DNA of 64,000 nt, taken from positions 1,381 through 65,380 of IMG/VR virus record IMGVR_UViG_3300021373_001027; one strand, given 5' to 3'. The notes under the pieces are model-generated. The model ran no database searches, was not told the DNA's origin, and saw only the letters and a program-made list of their open reading frames with translations. The position numbers and the translations under genes are program-made. This stretch comes from a virus. Its lineage: Duplodnaviria > Caudoviricetes. Position 1 is the first letter of the stretch. Each line of letters starts with the position of its first letter. Of the stretch, positions 53,701-63,800 are shown piece by piece.

Positions 53701-56700
53701 AATCAGGGTTGCCAAAGTACTCCGCGACAAATTCATGTATACTTGATGTTGCGTAACTAGCAGGAAGTTTAGACTTAGCTTGCTCGTATAGCTTTGCTAT
53801 TTTTCTAGCAGCAGGGTTTGATTTGTTGTTAATTTGTTTATGAGTTAAAGCGTGAGCAATTTCGTGTAATACAGAATGGTTGGTTACCGACTCACCTTCA
53901 AGTATGTATACCGTATTATTGCTAATCCGATACTGACCTTTAACTAAAACACCCTCTACGTCACCCAAGTCTTTAACAAACTCAACTTTTAGGTCACCTA
54001 CTAATTCAGAAAACAACTTAGCAATACGTGAAAGTGACCCAGTTTCCCGGCGAGATATTATGTTTAAGGCTTCTTGCACATCACCACTTCTGAGTGCAGC
54101 GGCAGCGGCACTGTCCATAGGTGCTGCTACGTCTAGCAAACCTTCTTCAGCAAGCATATTAAAATCAGACTCAGATAAACCGAATGCGGCTAGGTCGCTC
54201 TCGGCATCGCTCAATGCGCCGGTTTCTTCAGCGGTAGAGTCTACGGCATCGTCAATTATTTGCTGCTGTTTCTTGGCGGCTTGGCGTTCCCTTCGACTTT
54301 CTTGAGCTTCCTCAGACTCGCTCTTGCGTTGTCTTTCTTCAGCTTGGCGCTGTTCCATTGCTTTTCTGGCAGCGACCCGATCATCAAAAGCTTGGCGTTG
54401 TTCAGCTTGACCTTTGTTGGCTTCTATTAATACATCAACTTCTTTTTGCGCTTTACTTAAAGCTTTCTTTTGAGCAGCAGTGCCTTTGTTTTCTATGAAC
54501 TTAACAGCAAGTTTAGCGCGTTGCCTGCTCGTCCCCTCTAGTTCTTTACGAACACGGGGGCTACCTTCTTCTGAGATTCTGTTAGCTGTTTCGTTGCTAG
54601 TGTACCCAAGCTCAGACGCGTCAAAAGCCAGCCGTCTAGCAGCGTCGTCAGGTTTGAACTTACCAAAGTAAGTCTTAATGACATTTACATCTTTGACGGA
54701 GCCTTTCTTGCTTGTTTGTACTTGCTTAACGTCCTTGATTTTTTTGTCGGCTACAACAGCAGCGACCTTATCTTCAGGATCGACGGGTTTTTTAACTTCG
54801 ACTTTAGGCTTGGGCGCTAGTGTATCAGGCTTAGTTCTTTTTCTGCTTCTAGTATCTGGTACGTTACCCCCAGTACTTGCCACGCTAGGCTGTCTAACGT
54901 CTCCAGCGACGGGGGTAGGTCGTTTTGCAGTAGGTAAAGGTCGCCTTGGCTGCTTGCTTCTGACGCCTCCGCTAGTACTTTTAGCGCTAGTTCCATCTGT
55001 TCCTGTGTCAAATTTAACAGCGGGTTCGACATTAGCGGGTTCCGTTACTTTTTTTTTACTCGCAGGGGTTTTTGCAGCAAGTGCTTTCGCTGCATCTACA
55101 GCCGCTTTTTTGTTGGGTATCGCCCTGCCTCTTTTATCGACGCCAAACAATCCAACATTAGAACCAAAGCCACTTTTATCATCAAAGAACTTTGTCATTA
55201 AGAACTTAGTTCTGTTGTTACCGTTCTTGTTCGCAAAGGTTTGAAGTTCTCTTTTTACCAAAGCCTTGTCTTGTGGGTTGTTTAAATCTTTACCCTTAAC
55301 TCTGGCCCGCACTGGTGCGTTCTTGGGAATGTCAAATGAATTTAACAACTGGTCGTTTACTACAACCGGTTTTGCTAGGGGTGTAGCTTCGGCCTTAGCT
55401 TGAGGTACAACGGGAGGTTTAGCTTTTGCTCCACGAAACTTATCTTGAACTCTACCCAACGGCTGACCCTTAGCACCCAACATGCGACCTTGCACTGGGG
55501 CTGGGGTTTGATCGGTGGTAACGTCAAGTTCACCTTGAATTGTTTGCGTAGGCAGCTTTGTCTGTGGCTCTGCTTTCGGCGTAGCTTTAGCTTCTTGAAG
55601 GTCGCGAGGAAATAAATCCCGTTGACCGTCTGAGTCTGCAAGAATCTCTCGCAATGCGCGATCAATTTGCTCATCGGTCATGTTCTCTATAAGAAGGTCA
55701 TCGTCTGCATTAATATCTAAGCCGCTGAGAGTAGGCTTTGCTTCTTCTTCGCTACGGGCTTTTTGTATTCGCTCATTAACGTTGGCGTTAATAGCTCGGT
55801 CACGTTCTGAAGGCTGCGGAAGGGCAAGCTGTCCTGTAGGCTCCCTTACATTTTCTATCTCGGCAAGAGCGGCGTCTAAGATAGAATCATCAACGGGACG
55901 CTGAGGCATGTTCATTTGAGATGGCTTGCGGCTTCTAGGTTCTTCTAACGATAAAGAATCTAGTCTGTCTAGTAGACTATCAAGATCGTCAACCTCAACG
56001 GGACGCTGAGGCATGTCCATTTGAGTAGGTCTAGCTCGCCTTGCGTCTATAGAGGGCACACCCATATCCGTAGGGTCAAAAGCCGATGGCTGTAAAGGCG
56101 CATCGGTAGAAATATCGGACGCTTCTAACAACTCCGATTCTATATCAGGGGCATCTTCAGACGATGCGGCACTTCCTCGCCGTGGAACTAATGCACCTAC
56201 GATAGCACCGACAGCCGCGCCAATACCGCCCGACTCTAAAACGTTATCCATCAGCGATTCTAATTCAGGATTGTAAATCTTGCGCTCGGTTACGTTTTGC
56301 AGGTACTCGTAAACAGCTTCTTGTGCGCCTTCGTAGGAACCGCTCTTGGCAGCGTCAACTACCTTACCCTTAATGCCGTTAGGTAATGCCTGTGCAAGCT
56401 TAAATATTCTTTGGATAGGAAGGGCTTGTGTGGCACCGATTGCAGTACCGGACAGTGCAGCTTGGCTTCGTTGTTCCTCTGTAGCACCAGCGGCTCTAGC
56501 TCTCTCAGATGCATCTCCTGCACCAGCAGCCGAACCTAATCCTGCCCCCGCCACCACACCCGCTACAGGGCCACCCACAAGACCGGCAGCTAGATAGGGG
56601 CCGATTGAACCTAGACCTTCAACGACTTTAGTTAAAGTGTCATCTTCAAGTCCCGGCTCTCGCTCTGGCCTTAGAGTTTCTGCTGAACTCTTAATAAAAT

Positions 56701-56968
56701 CTCTGGTCTTACTTTCATATTCTTCGGGCAACAATGTCGCTAAACCCAAAGCACCAAGTTCACCAGTGTTCACTGCCCCGCGACCTAACGCGGGAAAAAA
56801 GTCACCAAAGCGCTCACCGATAGTAACTTCTTCAGCGTCTCTGGCTTTGATTCTATCCGTTATTTCTTTTTGACGAACTAATGAAGCAAGCTGTCTGCGG
56901 CCAATGCCTTCTGGCCCTTCAATTTCAACAACTTGTCCATTTTGCTTAGTGACTTCATAAATCGGCAT
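50714..56968 (-). CDS. Large internal virion/ejection polyvalent protein (zincin-like HExxH, PLxRFG-like)
   Basis: 2084 aa, last late gene; G/A-rich hydrophobic segments near N-terminus, HEIAH...HEFVAE, YFPLQRRGDY. Confidence 0.7.
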   Translation of the reverse strand: MPIYEVTKQNGQVVEIEGPEGIGRRQLASLVRQKEITDRIKARDAEEVTIGERFGDFFPALGRGAVNTGELGALGLATLLPEEYESKTRDFIKSSAETLRPEREPGLEDDTLTKVVEGLGSIGPYLAAGLVGGPVAGVVAGAGLGSAAGAGDASERARAAGATEEQRSQAALSGTAIGATQALPIQRIFKLAQALPNGIKGKVVDAAKSGSYEGAQEAVYEYLQNVTERKIYNPELESLMDNVLESGGIGAAVGAIVGALVPRRGSAASSEDAPDIESELLEASDISTDAPLQPSAFDPTDMGVPSIDARRARPTQMDMPQRPVEVDDLDSLLDRLDSLSLEEPRSRKPSQMNMPQRPVDDSILDAALAEIENVREPTGQLALPQPSERDRAINANVNERIQKARSEEEAKPTLSGLDINADDDLLIENMTDEQIDRALREILADSDGQRDLFPRDLQEAKATPKAEPQTKLPTQTIQGELDVTTDQTPAPVQGRMLGAKGQPLGRVQDKFRGAKAKPPVVPQAKAEATPLAKPVVVNDQLLNSFDIPKNAPVRARVKGKDLNNPQDKALVKRELQTFANKNGNNRTKFLMTKFFDDKSGFGSNVGLFGVDKRGRAIPNKKAAVDAAKALAAKTPASKKKVTEPANVEPAVKFDTGTDGTSAKSTSGGVRSKQPRRPLPTAKRPTPVAGDVRQPSVASTGGNVPDTRSRKRTKPDTLAPKPKVEVKKPVDPEDKVAAVVADKKIKDVKQVQTSKKGSVKDVNVIKTYFGKFKPDDAARRLAFDASELGYTSNETANRISEEGSPRVRKELEGTSRQRAKLAVKFIENKGTAAQKKALSKAQKEVDVLIEANKGQAEQRQAFDDRVAARKAMEQRQAEERQRKSESEEAQESRRERQAAKKQQQIIDDAVDSTAEETGALSDAESDLAAFGLSESDFNMLAEEGLLDVAAPMDSAAAAALRSGDVQEALNIISRRETGSLSRIAKLFSELVGDLKVEFVKDLGDVEGVLVKGQYRISNNTVYILEGESVTNHSVLHEIAHALTHKQINNKSNPAARKIAKLYEQAKSKLPASYATSSIHEFVAEYFGNPDFRRELSFMLPSDKQRQSMFQRLTDAIKRLFGNVATRRDLNDTMEQLLAPSATAATGKVYNLLTDNNKVLGLFDGGSTTKAVGMSALRRLSNASLGPMLGSLQLSLVVDTAKDSFKSADRILTTISEYEGRLYGDQQAIAETAAKDLQVWGKQNTEALSDLKQVLLDGTLAQIDFRKAKNEYRGEQKAAYEKLEPVWNRLKDNGGQLEYNKVRSNYDRMYQDLLKQLEVALGAIDPETGSKIYSELYEHFKNNALEGYFPLQRRGDYLLSFTFTDADGKTRDAFEMFTSSTERDARVEFLKENLLEPAQVDLIRTPTKLTDYLTGDRIPYSFVGKSLQLINRLGDTPETEAIKEELIRTAIEAAPQRTVLNALKKRTGKAGYNNDVVKVYESSLTDLARKINSMKMRDELSRTEAELDAEMKIIASDNNSAENERKLIIGEELKKRIALARNPITGTVTDMANYAKTAAYGWTLGLNVSSALIDTFALPMVIAPHLNSKFDRGIVETNKAVLKAVKDVMSTPFKTSVESYTTKGLSDKEIKEKGLGERDTRKIGAWYSLVNMDLSGNDKNSRELRPLVEAMRQYGQVHQLALRSDSGEMTGENRFMSVLNNLMGSLMSSSERVRREATILASYRFRLEDQRKAGDKIDYEKAALDAISDSQMVNGAMSTLSNTRFGQKPLMSMAFMYKSYGSRMMYLQFKMAKDMLAGETPEIRKAARDQIFNVYLASAAFAGVRGIPLMGIFAALYNLFLSDGEEDDFDNMLRKRIGIGASSGVVNSLLGVNVADRIALTDMLYRSNRNYDQTPAELYATLALGPVWGTVSRIPRGYSSYQRGDWGRMWEAILPPAISNALKANRYRSDGAKTTSGDMITDDFGVLSLFGQVIGFAPTEVTESQRFISNQKYIEGNRAERRSLILKRAWLAYRVGDGAGYADELKEAVEFNKSLPANSKFAIKLGENGTFDRSFRARMKAVEDRVMGIRYRDKTEAELAKSALEL

Positions 56969-56986
56969 TGTGTTATTTACCTAAGC

Positions 56987-58660
56987 TTATTTGACAGTTA
57001 CGTTTGCTATACCTTGACCGCTTTGTGCGTCTTGCTTGGCATACATCTGTTCCCAGTAAGGCAGTTTTTCTAACTGACTTCGTATTAGTTCTTCTTGTAG
57101 CTCTAGAGGTTGGTCAGCAAAATCACCTTGAAGCATTAAAGTATTTCGCGCCGCATCTTGAGCTTTTTGGAACGCCTCTGTCTGACTAAGTCGGTTTTCC
57201 TGTGCGTCTAGTGCGATTCTTGCCATTTCTACATCTAATTTGTTTTCTGCCTCTGCGCGTCTTTGTATCTGCGCTGTTTCTTCTAGGTCTAACTTTCGAT
57301 CTTCTCTAGCAACAGCACTGTCGTACTTGTCTTTGTCTTGAAGTGCTGCGCTTCCCGCTGTCATAATTCTTCCGAAGTTGCGGTTGTTACTATTAACAGC
57401 ACCCCTTGCGAAAGTCTTGAAATCGTCAGAGCGCAACCCTTCTAAGAATTTGGCGATTCCCGTTTTAGGTGCAGAGGTTGCTATACCTTCTTTCTCTGCG
57501 GTCTTGGGGTCGAGCGTGGTGTCTTGACCGCTAATTGCATCTAAGCTGTCAAATGGCGTACCTCTAGCAACATCACGACCCAGATCAGTACCCATAAGAT
57601 CAAGAAGTTCTTGGTCTACCGACGACGCTTCAACGGCAGGGCCGGTAGTGGTGTCAGCACTCTCTTGGCTAACCTGTTTGGTTTCACCTTCTTCAGAACT
57701 AGTTTCTCTTTCGACACGGTTCATATCCATCATGCGAGCGCCAACGTCTTCAAGATCAATGTCACCTAAGAAGTCAACGGCGGCACCCCCTGCACTTGCT
57801 ATATCTGTAAACACATTGTCAGAACCTTCAGGCCCACCGGCAGTTATGTATTGCAGTGCCTTAAGTATTTCGTCTTGTGTTGATGACTTTTCCTCTTTTT
57901 TCAGCCCCTCAAGCCCAGATTCGTATTCTTCATCAGGTACGCCTTCACGAGCGGCTTGCATCAGTGCTTCTTCTAGTTCCAGATAAGGTAAATCTTTTAG
58001 GTCTGCAATTCTTTCTAAAAGAGCATCGCCGTCTTGCTCATCACGCAACGTTGGGTCGAAGTAGTATTCATCATCTTGCGAAAGCGGATCGCCAGAATTA
58101 CTTATGATTTCCGACAAAGCATCTTCAATTTTGTAAGGCGTTATTTCTTCTTCGTCAACGTCACCGCCTACTTGAAAGTTAACGATACCACCCGATGCCA
58201 TACCCATAGGACGCGTAGGTAACCCTGCAACACCGCCCATCGAATTAGGACGTTGACCTTGAGCGCCAGCAATACCAGTGGGAGGCATACCGCCCATAGG
58301 AGGCCGAGCGCCAGCAATACCAGCGGGAGGCATACCACCCATAGGAGGCCGAGCGCCCATAGCGGGATTAGGCATACCGCCCGTAGGAGGCCGAGGGACT
58401 GACAGGCCCATTTGCTGAGCAACTTCTTGTTGAGTACGCTGCTGTATTTCTTTTTCACGTTGACCTTTTATGGTGTCAGTAGGAATATTTCCTGCGGCAG
58501 CGGCTTGCATTTGCTTAGCAACTGCGTTTTTATCAGATTGAAGTTTTTGCAGAGTGAGTAAATCAAGCAAGTCCTTACTATAACTGTAACGCTGAGCAAG
58601 CTTAGCAGGGTTTCCAGAAAAAGCCCTAACTCTGTCGTTAATCTGCTGGTCAATGCTCAT
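56987..58660 (-). CDS. Internal virion/ejection protein
   Basis: 557 aa; P/M/G-rich repeat, MASGGIV and FQVGGDV motifs. Confidence 0.55.
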   Translation of the reverse strand: MSIDQQINDRVRAFSGNPAKLAQRYSYSKDLLDLLTLQKLQSDKNAVAKQMQAAAAGNIPTDTIKGQREKEIQQRTQQEVAQQMGLSVPRPPTGGMPNPAMGARPPMGGMPPAGIAGARPPMGGMPPTGIAGAQGQRPNSMGGVAGLPTRPMGMASGGIVNFQVGGDVDEEEITPYKIEDALSEIISNSGDPLSQDDEYYFDPTLRDEQDGDALLERIADLKDLPYLELEEALMQAAREGVPDEEYESGLEGLKKEEKSSTQDEILKALQYITAGGPEGSDNVFTDIASAGGAAVDFLGDIDLEDVGARMMDMNRVERETSSEEGETKQVSQESADTTTGPAVEASSVDQELLDLMGTDLGRDVARGTPFDSLDAISGQDTTLDPKTAEKEGIATSAPKTGIAKFLEGLRSDDFKTFARGAVNSNNRNFGRIMTAGSAALQDKDKYDSAVAREDRKLDLEETAQIQRRAEAENKLDVEMARIALDAQENRLSQTEAFQKAQDAARNTLMLQGDFADQPLELQEELIRSQLEKLPYWEQMYAKQDAQSGQGIANVTVK

Positions 58661-58663
58661 GGA

Positions 58664-60025
58664 TTACCCCTCTCCGTCACCCTGTGGAAACAATATGTCT
58701 AGTATGTCCCCGATACCGGTAACACCGCCTAGAATTTCTTGTAATAAGTTAATGTCACCGTACTCATTTTGCCTAGCCGTGATAGGCAACCCTTGCAGTA
58801 AAGACTGCTGAAACAGCAATTGCTCATAAGGAAAGTCTCGTTCTTGCTGGAACTGAGCGTAATCGGCAGAAATCGCCTCTTGCTCCATGTTCCTTTCCAT
58901 GTCGCCCAGTAAGGCTTGCTGATTAATCAAGTCGCTTTGAGCGGCTAGGTTGCGAAGTCCTGCTGAACCTGCTTTGTCGTAAGCTCCTAACTGAGAAGTT
59001 AAAGCATCTAGCCCAAAAGCAGCTTCGTATTGTCTATCTTTCTGGCCCATTTGATCTGCGGTCACACCGTACTTAGCCATCAGGTCACGATCTTTCAGGC
59101 CCATTTCATCAGCGGCCAAGCCGTACTTAGCGGCTAAATCACGATCTTTCATGCCCATTTCGTCAGCGGCTAACCCGTACTTAGCAGCCAAATCACGATC
59201 TTTCATGCCCATTTCGTCAGCCGCTAAGCCAAACTTAGCTAACTGTGCTGCCGACTCAAGACCTTGTTGCCCTTGTACTTGTCTAGACCTGTCTTGTGCA
59301 ATCTGTGCCTGTAAGTCACGGCCTTGGTCTGCACCAAACGCGGCCAAACCTTTGTCGTACGCAGTGCTGTAGCCTTGCGTCAGCATTTGATTTTGCTTGT
59401 CCATCAGGTTTCGGTTTAGTTCGGAGTCCATAATAGCTTGGCGTGACCCACCAAAAGCACCTGCCTGTGTCAACCTACTGGCATCACCTAACCTAGACAC
59501 TTCAGCTTGACGCCTAGACTCATCCAACATTGGATTGAGTGCGCTCTGTACATAAGGGTTCATGTATTGTTGAGCAAAGTCTTGGTTAAACGCATCGGTG
59601 GAAATGTCACCGGCTTGATACGCGCTAGCAGGGGCTTGGTACTGATTCGCATAGCCGCCGTCTTGCGCTTGGTATTGACTATCGTACGGACTTGTAGCTG
59701 GCTGATACTGACTGCCGTAGGTTCCCTGCCCTTGAAACTGATTAGCGTAGTTCTGAGCATCGTAATCCATCGCGCCCATTTGATTCGCAACGTTAGTCAT
59801 CGAATCTGCGCCATACATCGTGGCGTCTGGAACGGCTAAACCTGCGATACCCGAAAAGGCATCTTGCAGGTTTTGATTCATTTCAGGGGTGAGTTGACCG
59901 CCATAAGACTGATAGGGTGTTTCTGATAAACCCCATCCTTTCCCAAGCATATCAGCAATGTACGGGCCAATCCATTCAGCTAATGTGGATTGTGTGCCAA
60001 CGAGAGGGGCATCGCCTTCTGCCAT
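58664..60025 (-). CDS. Internal virion/DNA-transfer protein
   Basis: YMNPY...AGAFGGSRQ...FPYEQL motifs; Q/A/G-rich. Confidence 0.6.
   Translation of the reverse strand: MAEGDAPLVGTQSTLAEWIGPYIADMLGKGWGLSETPYQSYGGQLTPEMNQNLQDAFSGIAGLAVPDATMYGADSMTNVANQMGAMDYDAQNYANQFQGQGTYGSQYQPATSPYDSQYQAQDGGYANQYQAPASAYQAGDISTDAFNQDFAQQYMNPYVQSALNPMLDESRRQAEVSRLGDASRLTQAGAFGGSRQAIMDSELNRNLMDKQNQMLTQGYSTAYDKGLAAFGADQGRDLQAQIAQDRSRQVQGQQGLESAAQLAKFGLAADEMGMKDRDLAAKYGLAADEMGMKDRDLAAKYGLAADEMGLKDRDLMAKYGVTADQMGQKDRQYEAAFGLDALTSQLGAYDKAGSAGLRNLAAQSDLINQQALLGDMERNMEQEAISADYAQFQQERDFPYEQLLFQQSLLQGLPITARQNEYGDINLLQEILGGVTGIGDILDILFPQGDGEG
59040..59240. repeat. 54-bp tandem repeat, ~4 copies
   Basis: CCGTACTTAGC at 59067, 59121, 59175; unit AKYGLAADEMGMKDRDLA. 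Confidence 0.85.
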
Positions 60026-60037
60026 AATTAGTTACCT

Positions 60038-60886
60038 TTAGTTTGGTAAAAACTTGTTTGGTTTAATTTCAGAACCTTGGCTTTTCTGACCTGTACGCGC
60101 CTGTCTAATACGATCCATCATATCATAAAGTTCTTTAGCACCAGCGTTAGAATTGCCGTTACCTAAGTGACTTACTACGTCAGCAGGAACTACAAACTCA
60201 CCATCGCTGAGAGCAGCTTCTTGACTGCCGCCAATGTTAGCGGGTATTTGATCAGCCATTCCGTCTGTAACCCCGCCAAGATAGTAGCCTTGCGCGGGCT
60301 GCATTGAGGCTAAACCGCCTTGAGCAAAACCGTCAGTTCTGGGAATCTGCCCTAAGTCTTCCGTTATGCCATATTCCGCTAACTTCTCTAATAACCTACT
60401 CATAAAGTCATTATTATACTGATTTTGGCTTTGTTGAACTTCTGAGCTAGTTGGCGTGTATCCGTAATTTAGCGGAGTGGAAAAAGGATTGTCTTGCAGT
60501 GGAGTGCCGCTAACAATATCCTGCGCTTGTTGGTTTACAAAAGCATCGGCTTCTTCATAAGTAGGTATTTGTAAGCCTACAGGAACGTCATCTTGATCCT
60601 TCTGCACGCCTTTCGGTAAAGAATACACCGTATCGCTAAAGTAGCGCCGCCCTAAGTCACCTACGCCTCTGGTCATTGCTTCAGTTTGATAGTCGTAAGG
60701 AGCTTGTTCGCGGTTAGCTTTGAATTTTTCAATCTTACCTTGATAGCCTACAGGCTGAGTGTTGGAACCTGTCAGCCCTAGTAAGGGTAATAAGGCACCA
60801 AGCCCAGCGCCAATAGCGTCTTTGTTATCGCCAAATAGATCAAAAGCTTTGTCAATAACGTCATCAATTTTGTCATACCAAGCCAT
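60038..60886 (-). CDS. Internal virion protein
   Basis: DGMADQIPA...LSDGEFVVPADVVSHLGNG motif. Confidence 0.65.
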   Translation of the reverse strand: MAWYDKIDDVIDKAFDLFGDNKDAIGAGLGALLPLLGLTGSNTQPVGYQGKIEKFKANREQAPYDYQTEAMTRGVGDLGRRYFSDTVYSLPKGVQKDQDDVPVGLQIPTYEEADAFVNQQAQDIVSGTPLQDNPFSTPLNYGYTPTSSEVQQSQNQYNNDFMSRLLEKLAEYGITEDLGQIPRTDGFAQGGLASMQPAQGYYLGGVTDGMADQIPANIGGSQEAALSDGEFVVPADVVSHLGNGNSNAGAKELYDMMDRIRQARTGQKSQGSEIKPNKFLPN

Positions 60887-60889
60887 AAG

Positions 60890-63800
60890 TTACAGTCCTA
60901 GTGAGTTAAGAAAATCATCAACATCTGATTCCGTATCATAGTCGTATGTTGTGTCTGCACCGTTCCCGTAAAGCAAATCGTCTATGTACGAGTCTAGTTC
61001 GGCTTCTTGTTGGCTTGCACCCACAGTTTGACCTGTTTGCGCTTGACCTCCTGCAACACCCAATTCTCTCATTAACTCGTCAAGAGGGCCACTATATTCG
61101 TAACTTTCTATAGCAGGTGCAGTTGGTGGCACAGTGCTGGTATTAGTTCTTGCCGCCGCCGAAATCTGAGTGGCAGGGTCACTACCCTCACCTTGTTCAC
61201 CGTCACCGTCACCGTCACCGTCACCGTTACCGTTACCGTCGCCAACACAACGTTCTAGGGTGAAATCAAAGGTAAATCCCGCTTTACAGTCGCCGCAGCC
61301 CCCTTCGTCTAATTGGATAGCATTGGGGTCATTACATTCTCCAACGCAATTGCCCGTAGCTTCACCGCCGAAGCCTAAACCTGTTCTAATAAACCCTTCT
61401 TCACAGGGGCCACAATAGCCATCAGCCGTAACGGTTGCATTGGGGTCATCACAGGTTCCACCAGTTCCTTGTTCTTGACAGATACCATTAGCGTCTTTTT
61501 CGTATCCAGCGTTACATTCACCACACGCGCCTTGTTGACCGTAGGTTGAGCTATTAGGATCGCCGCACTCTCCAACACCTTGACAATTGCCATCGGCGTC
61601 TTTTACATAGCCAGCGTTACAGTCACCGCATTCACCTTCTTGCCCATAGGTTGAGCTATTAGGGTCACCGCAAGTACCATCGCCAGTGCCGTTATCACCA
61701 TCGCCCTCTTTACAGCCGCCGTTAGGGTCTTGTTCTTTGTTAGGGTCATTACAAGCGCCTACACATTTACCCGTAGTCTGGTTCTTTACAAAACCTTCTT
61801 TACAGGGGCCGCAGCTTCCGTCTAGGTTGGTGGTAGCGTTTTCATCGTCGCAAGTTTCACCTTGTCCGTCGTCAGTCCCATCACCATCTCCATCGTCGGC
61901 TTCGGCTTCGACACATATACCCGTATCAGGGTCTTTAACATAGCCCGTTACACACTCACCGCAAGCTCCGAAAGCACCTTCCAGTGCGTTAGGGTCTGTA
62001 CATTTCTCGACGCACTTGCCAGTGGCATCTGTTGTAAACCCCGCTTTACAGGGGCCGCAAGAACCGGCTTCGCCGTAAGTAGTGCTATTAATATCGTCGC
62101 AGGTTGCACCGTCACTAGTGTCTCCGTCTGCAACGCAATCGCCGTCTTCGTTTTCAGTAAAGCCAGCCTTACACCCTAGACAGCCGCCATTTGGGTCTTC
62201 ATCTCTATTTAATGCTTCACAGTCAGCACTTTCAACAGGCTCGTCAGGCTCGTCAGGCCCATCGTCGTTATCGGCTTCGCACAGGCCGGTTACTAAGCTT
62301 TTTGTATAACCTTCTTTACAGGGGCCGCATCGCTTAGTTACAGAGTCTACTGTAGCGTTAGGGTCACCACACAAAGAGGTATTGTCACCTACAGCTTCAC
62401 ATTGACCACTATTAGGGTCACGTTCATAGTCAGCGTTACAGGGGCCACATTCACCCTCTTGACCGTAAGTGCTGCTGTTCTGATCGGTACAAGTAGGTTC
62501 AACTTCGTCAATAGGGTCTACTGTTGTCGATCCCCCTATTTCAGTGCAAATTCCGTTTACTTTTTCAAAGCCCTCATTACAGGGGCCGCACTCACCGGCT
62601 TCCCCGTAGGTAGAGCTATCGGGATCAGTGCATTTTGCAACACAGTTCCCTTCTGAGTCTTCAATAAGATCGCCAGCACATTCTCCGCACCCGCCGGTAG
62701 GGTCTTGTAACCTACTGGGGTCTTCACATTTATCAATACAGTTTCCGTTACCGTCATCCATTTGACCGGCTGGACAACCTTCAGGTGGCGGGTCTATACA
62801 GTTACCGTTACCATCGTCAATTTTACCGGCTGGACAACCTACAGGTGACGGCGGTTCAAAAGCCACACAAGTTGTATTCCAAGTACCATCAGGGTTTTGC
62901 GATGTTGGAACCTTAACTTGACCTGCTGGACACCCCTCGTCTGTTACTTCTTCTGTTACTTCTTCTGTTGTTTCGTTAGGTATACACTTAAGGGGCGCAG
63001 CGCCGCCAAAAGTCATAGCATCGGGGTCGGGCTGCAATGTACCTTGAACGCCGTTTGTGGTGCAGGGATCGCCTACTTTTGGGTCATCTGGGTCTGGGTC
63101 TGGGTCTGGGTCTGGGTCTGGGTCTGGGTCTTCGTCGCAAATATCAAAATACTGACCTGTAGGTTTATATTTTATAATGCAGTCGGTTATTCCTTCGTAA
63201 CAATCGCTATTGTTTATATCACCCCCGTCAGGACAGGGTTCACCAGTTGGGCCTCCTAGATTTGATTCACAAACTTGATATTCTTTCCCGTCGTTTTCTC
63301 CCCCATCTTTACATCGGGCAGTGAAGCATCCATCAGCGTCAGGCTGCGTGACCATTTCATAGTCGCCACATAGCTGATTAATTTGCTCGTTTGGTTCTAA
63401 TACAGTAGTACTATCGCCGTTTCCTTCAGGGCAAACGTCATAATCAACACCTGTAGGTTTATAGCGAATAGTGCACTCGTCTATTTTTTCGTAACAATCG
63501 CTATTGTATATATCACCGCCGTCAGGACAGGGTTCATCAGTTATTACTACAACGGGTTCTTCAATGACTTCAGTGACTTCAGTGACTGGCTCTTCAATGA
63601 CTTCTATGTTTTCGCACATATCCCATACAAGGCCAGTGGGTATATAGCGAATATGGCAATCGTTACCTTCTACGGCTTCCCAACAATCGGGGTCGTTAAC
63701 GTTGTTACTGCACTCTCCGTCAGATAAGGGATCGACTTCTGTAACAGGATCAACTATTACTGGCGCTTGTTGACCTGCGAGAATGGCATATTCTTCAGCT

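Noticed and set aside
50714-56968. Virion RNA polymerase
   Set aside because: No DxDGD or T7/N4-type polymerase motifs recognised.
713-63259. Numerous antisense or nested ORFs in the track (e.g. 22404-22811, 54678-55244, 62897-63259)
   Set aside because: Shadows of long real genes on the opposite strand or in another frame; no RBS or motifs.
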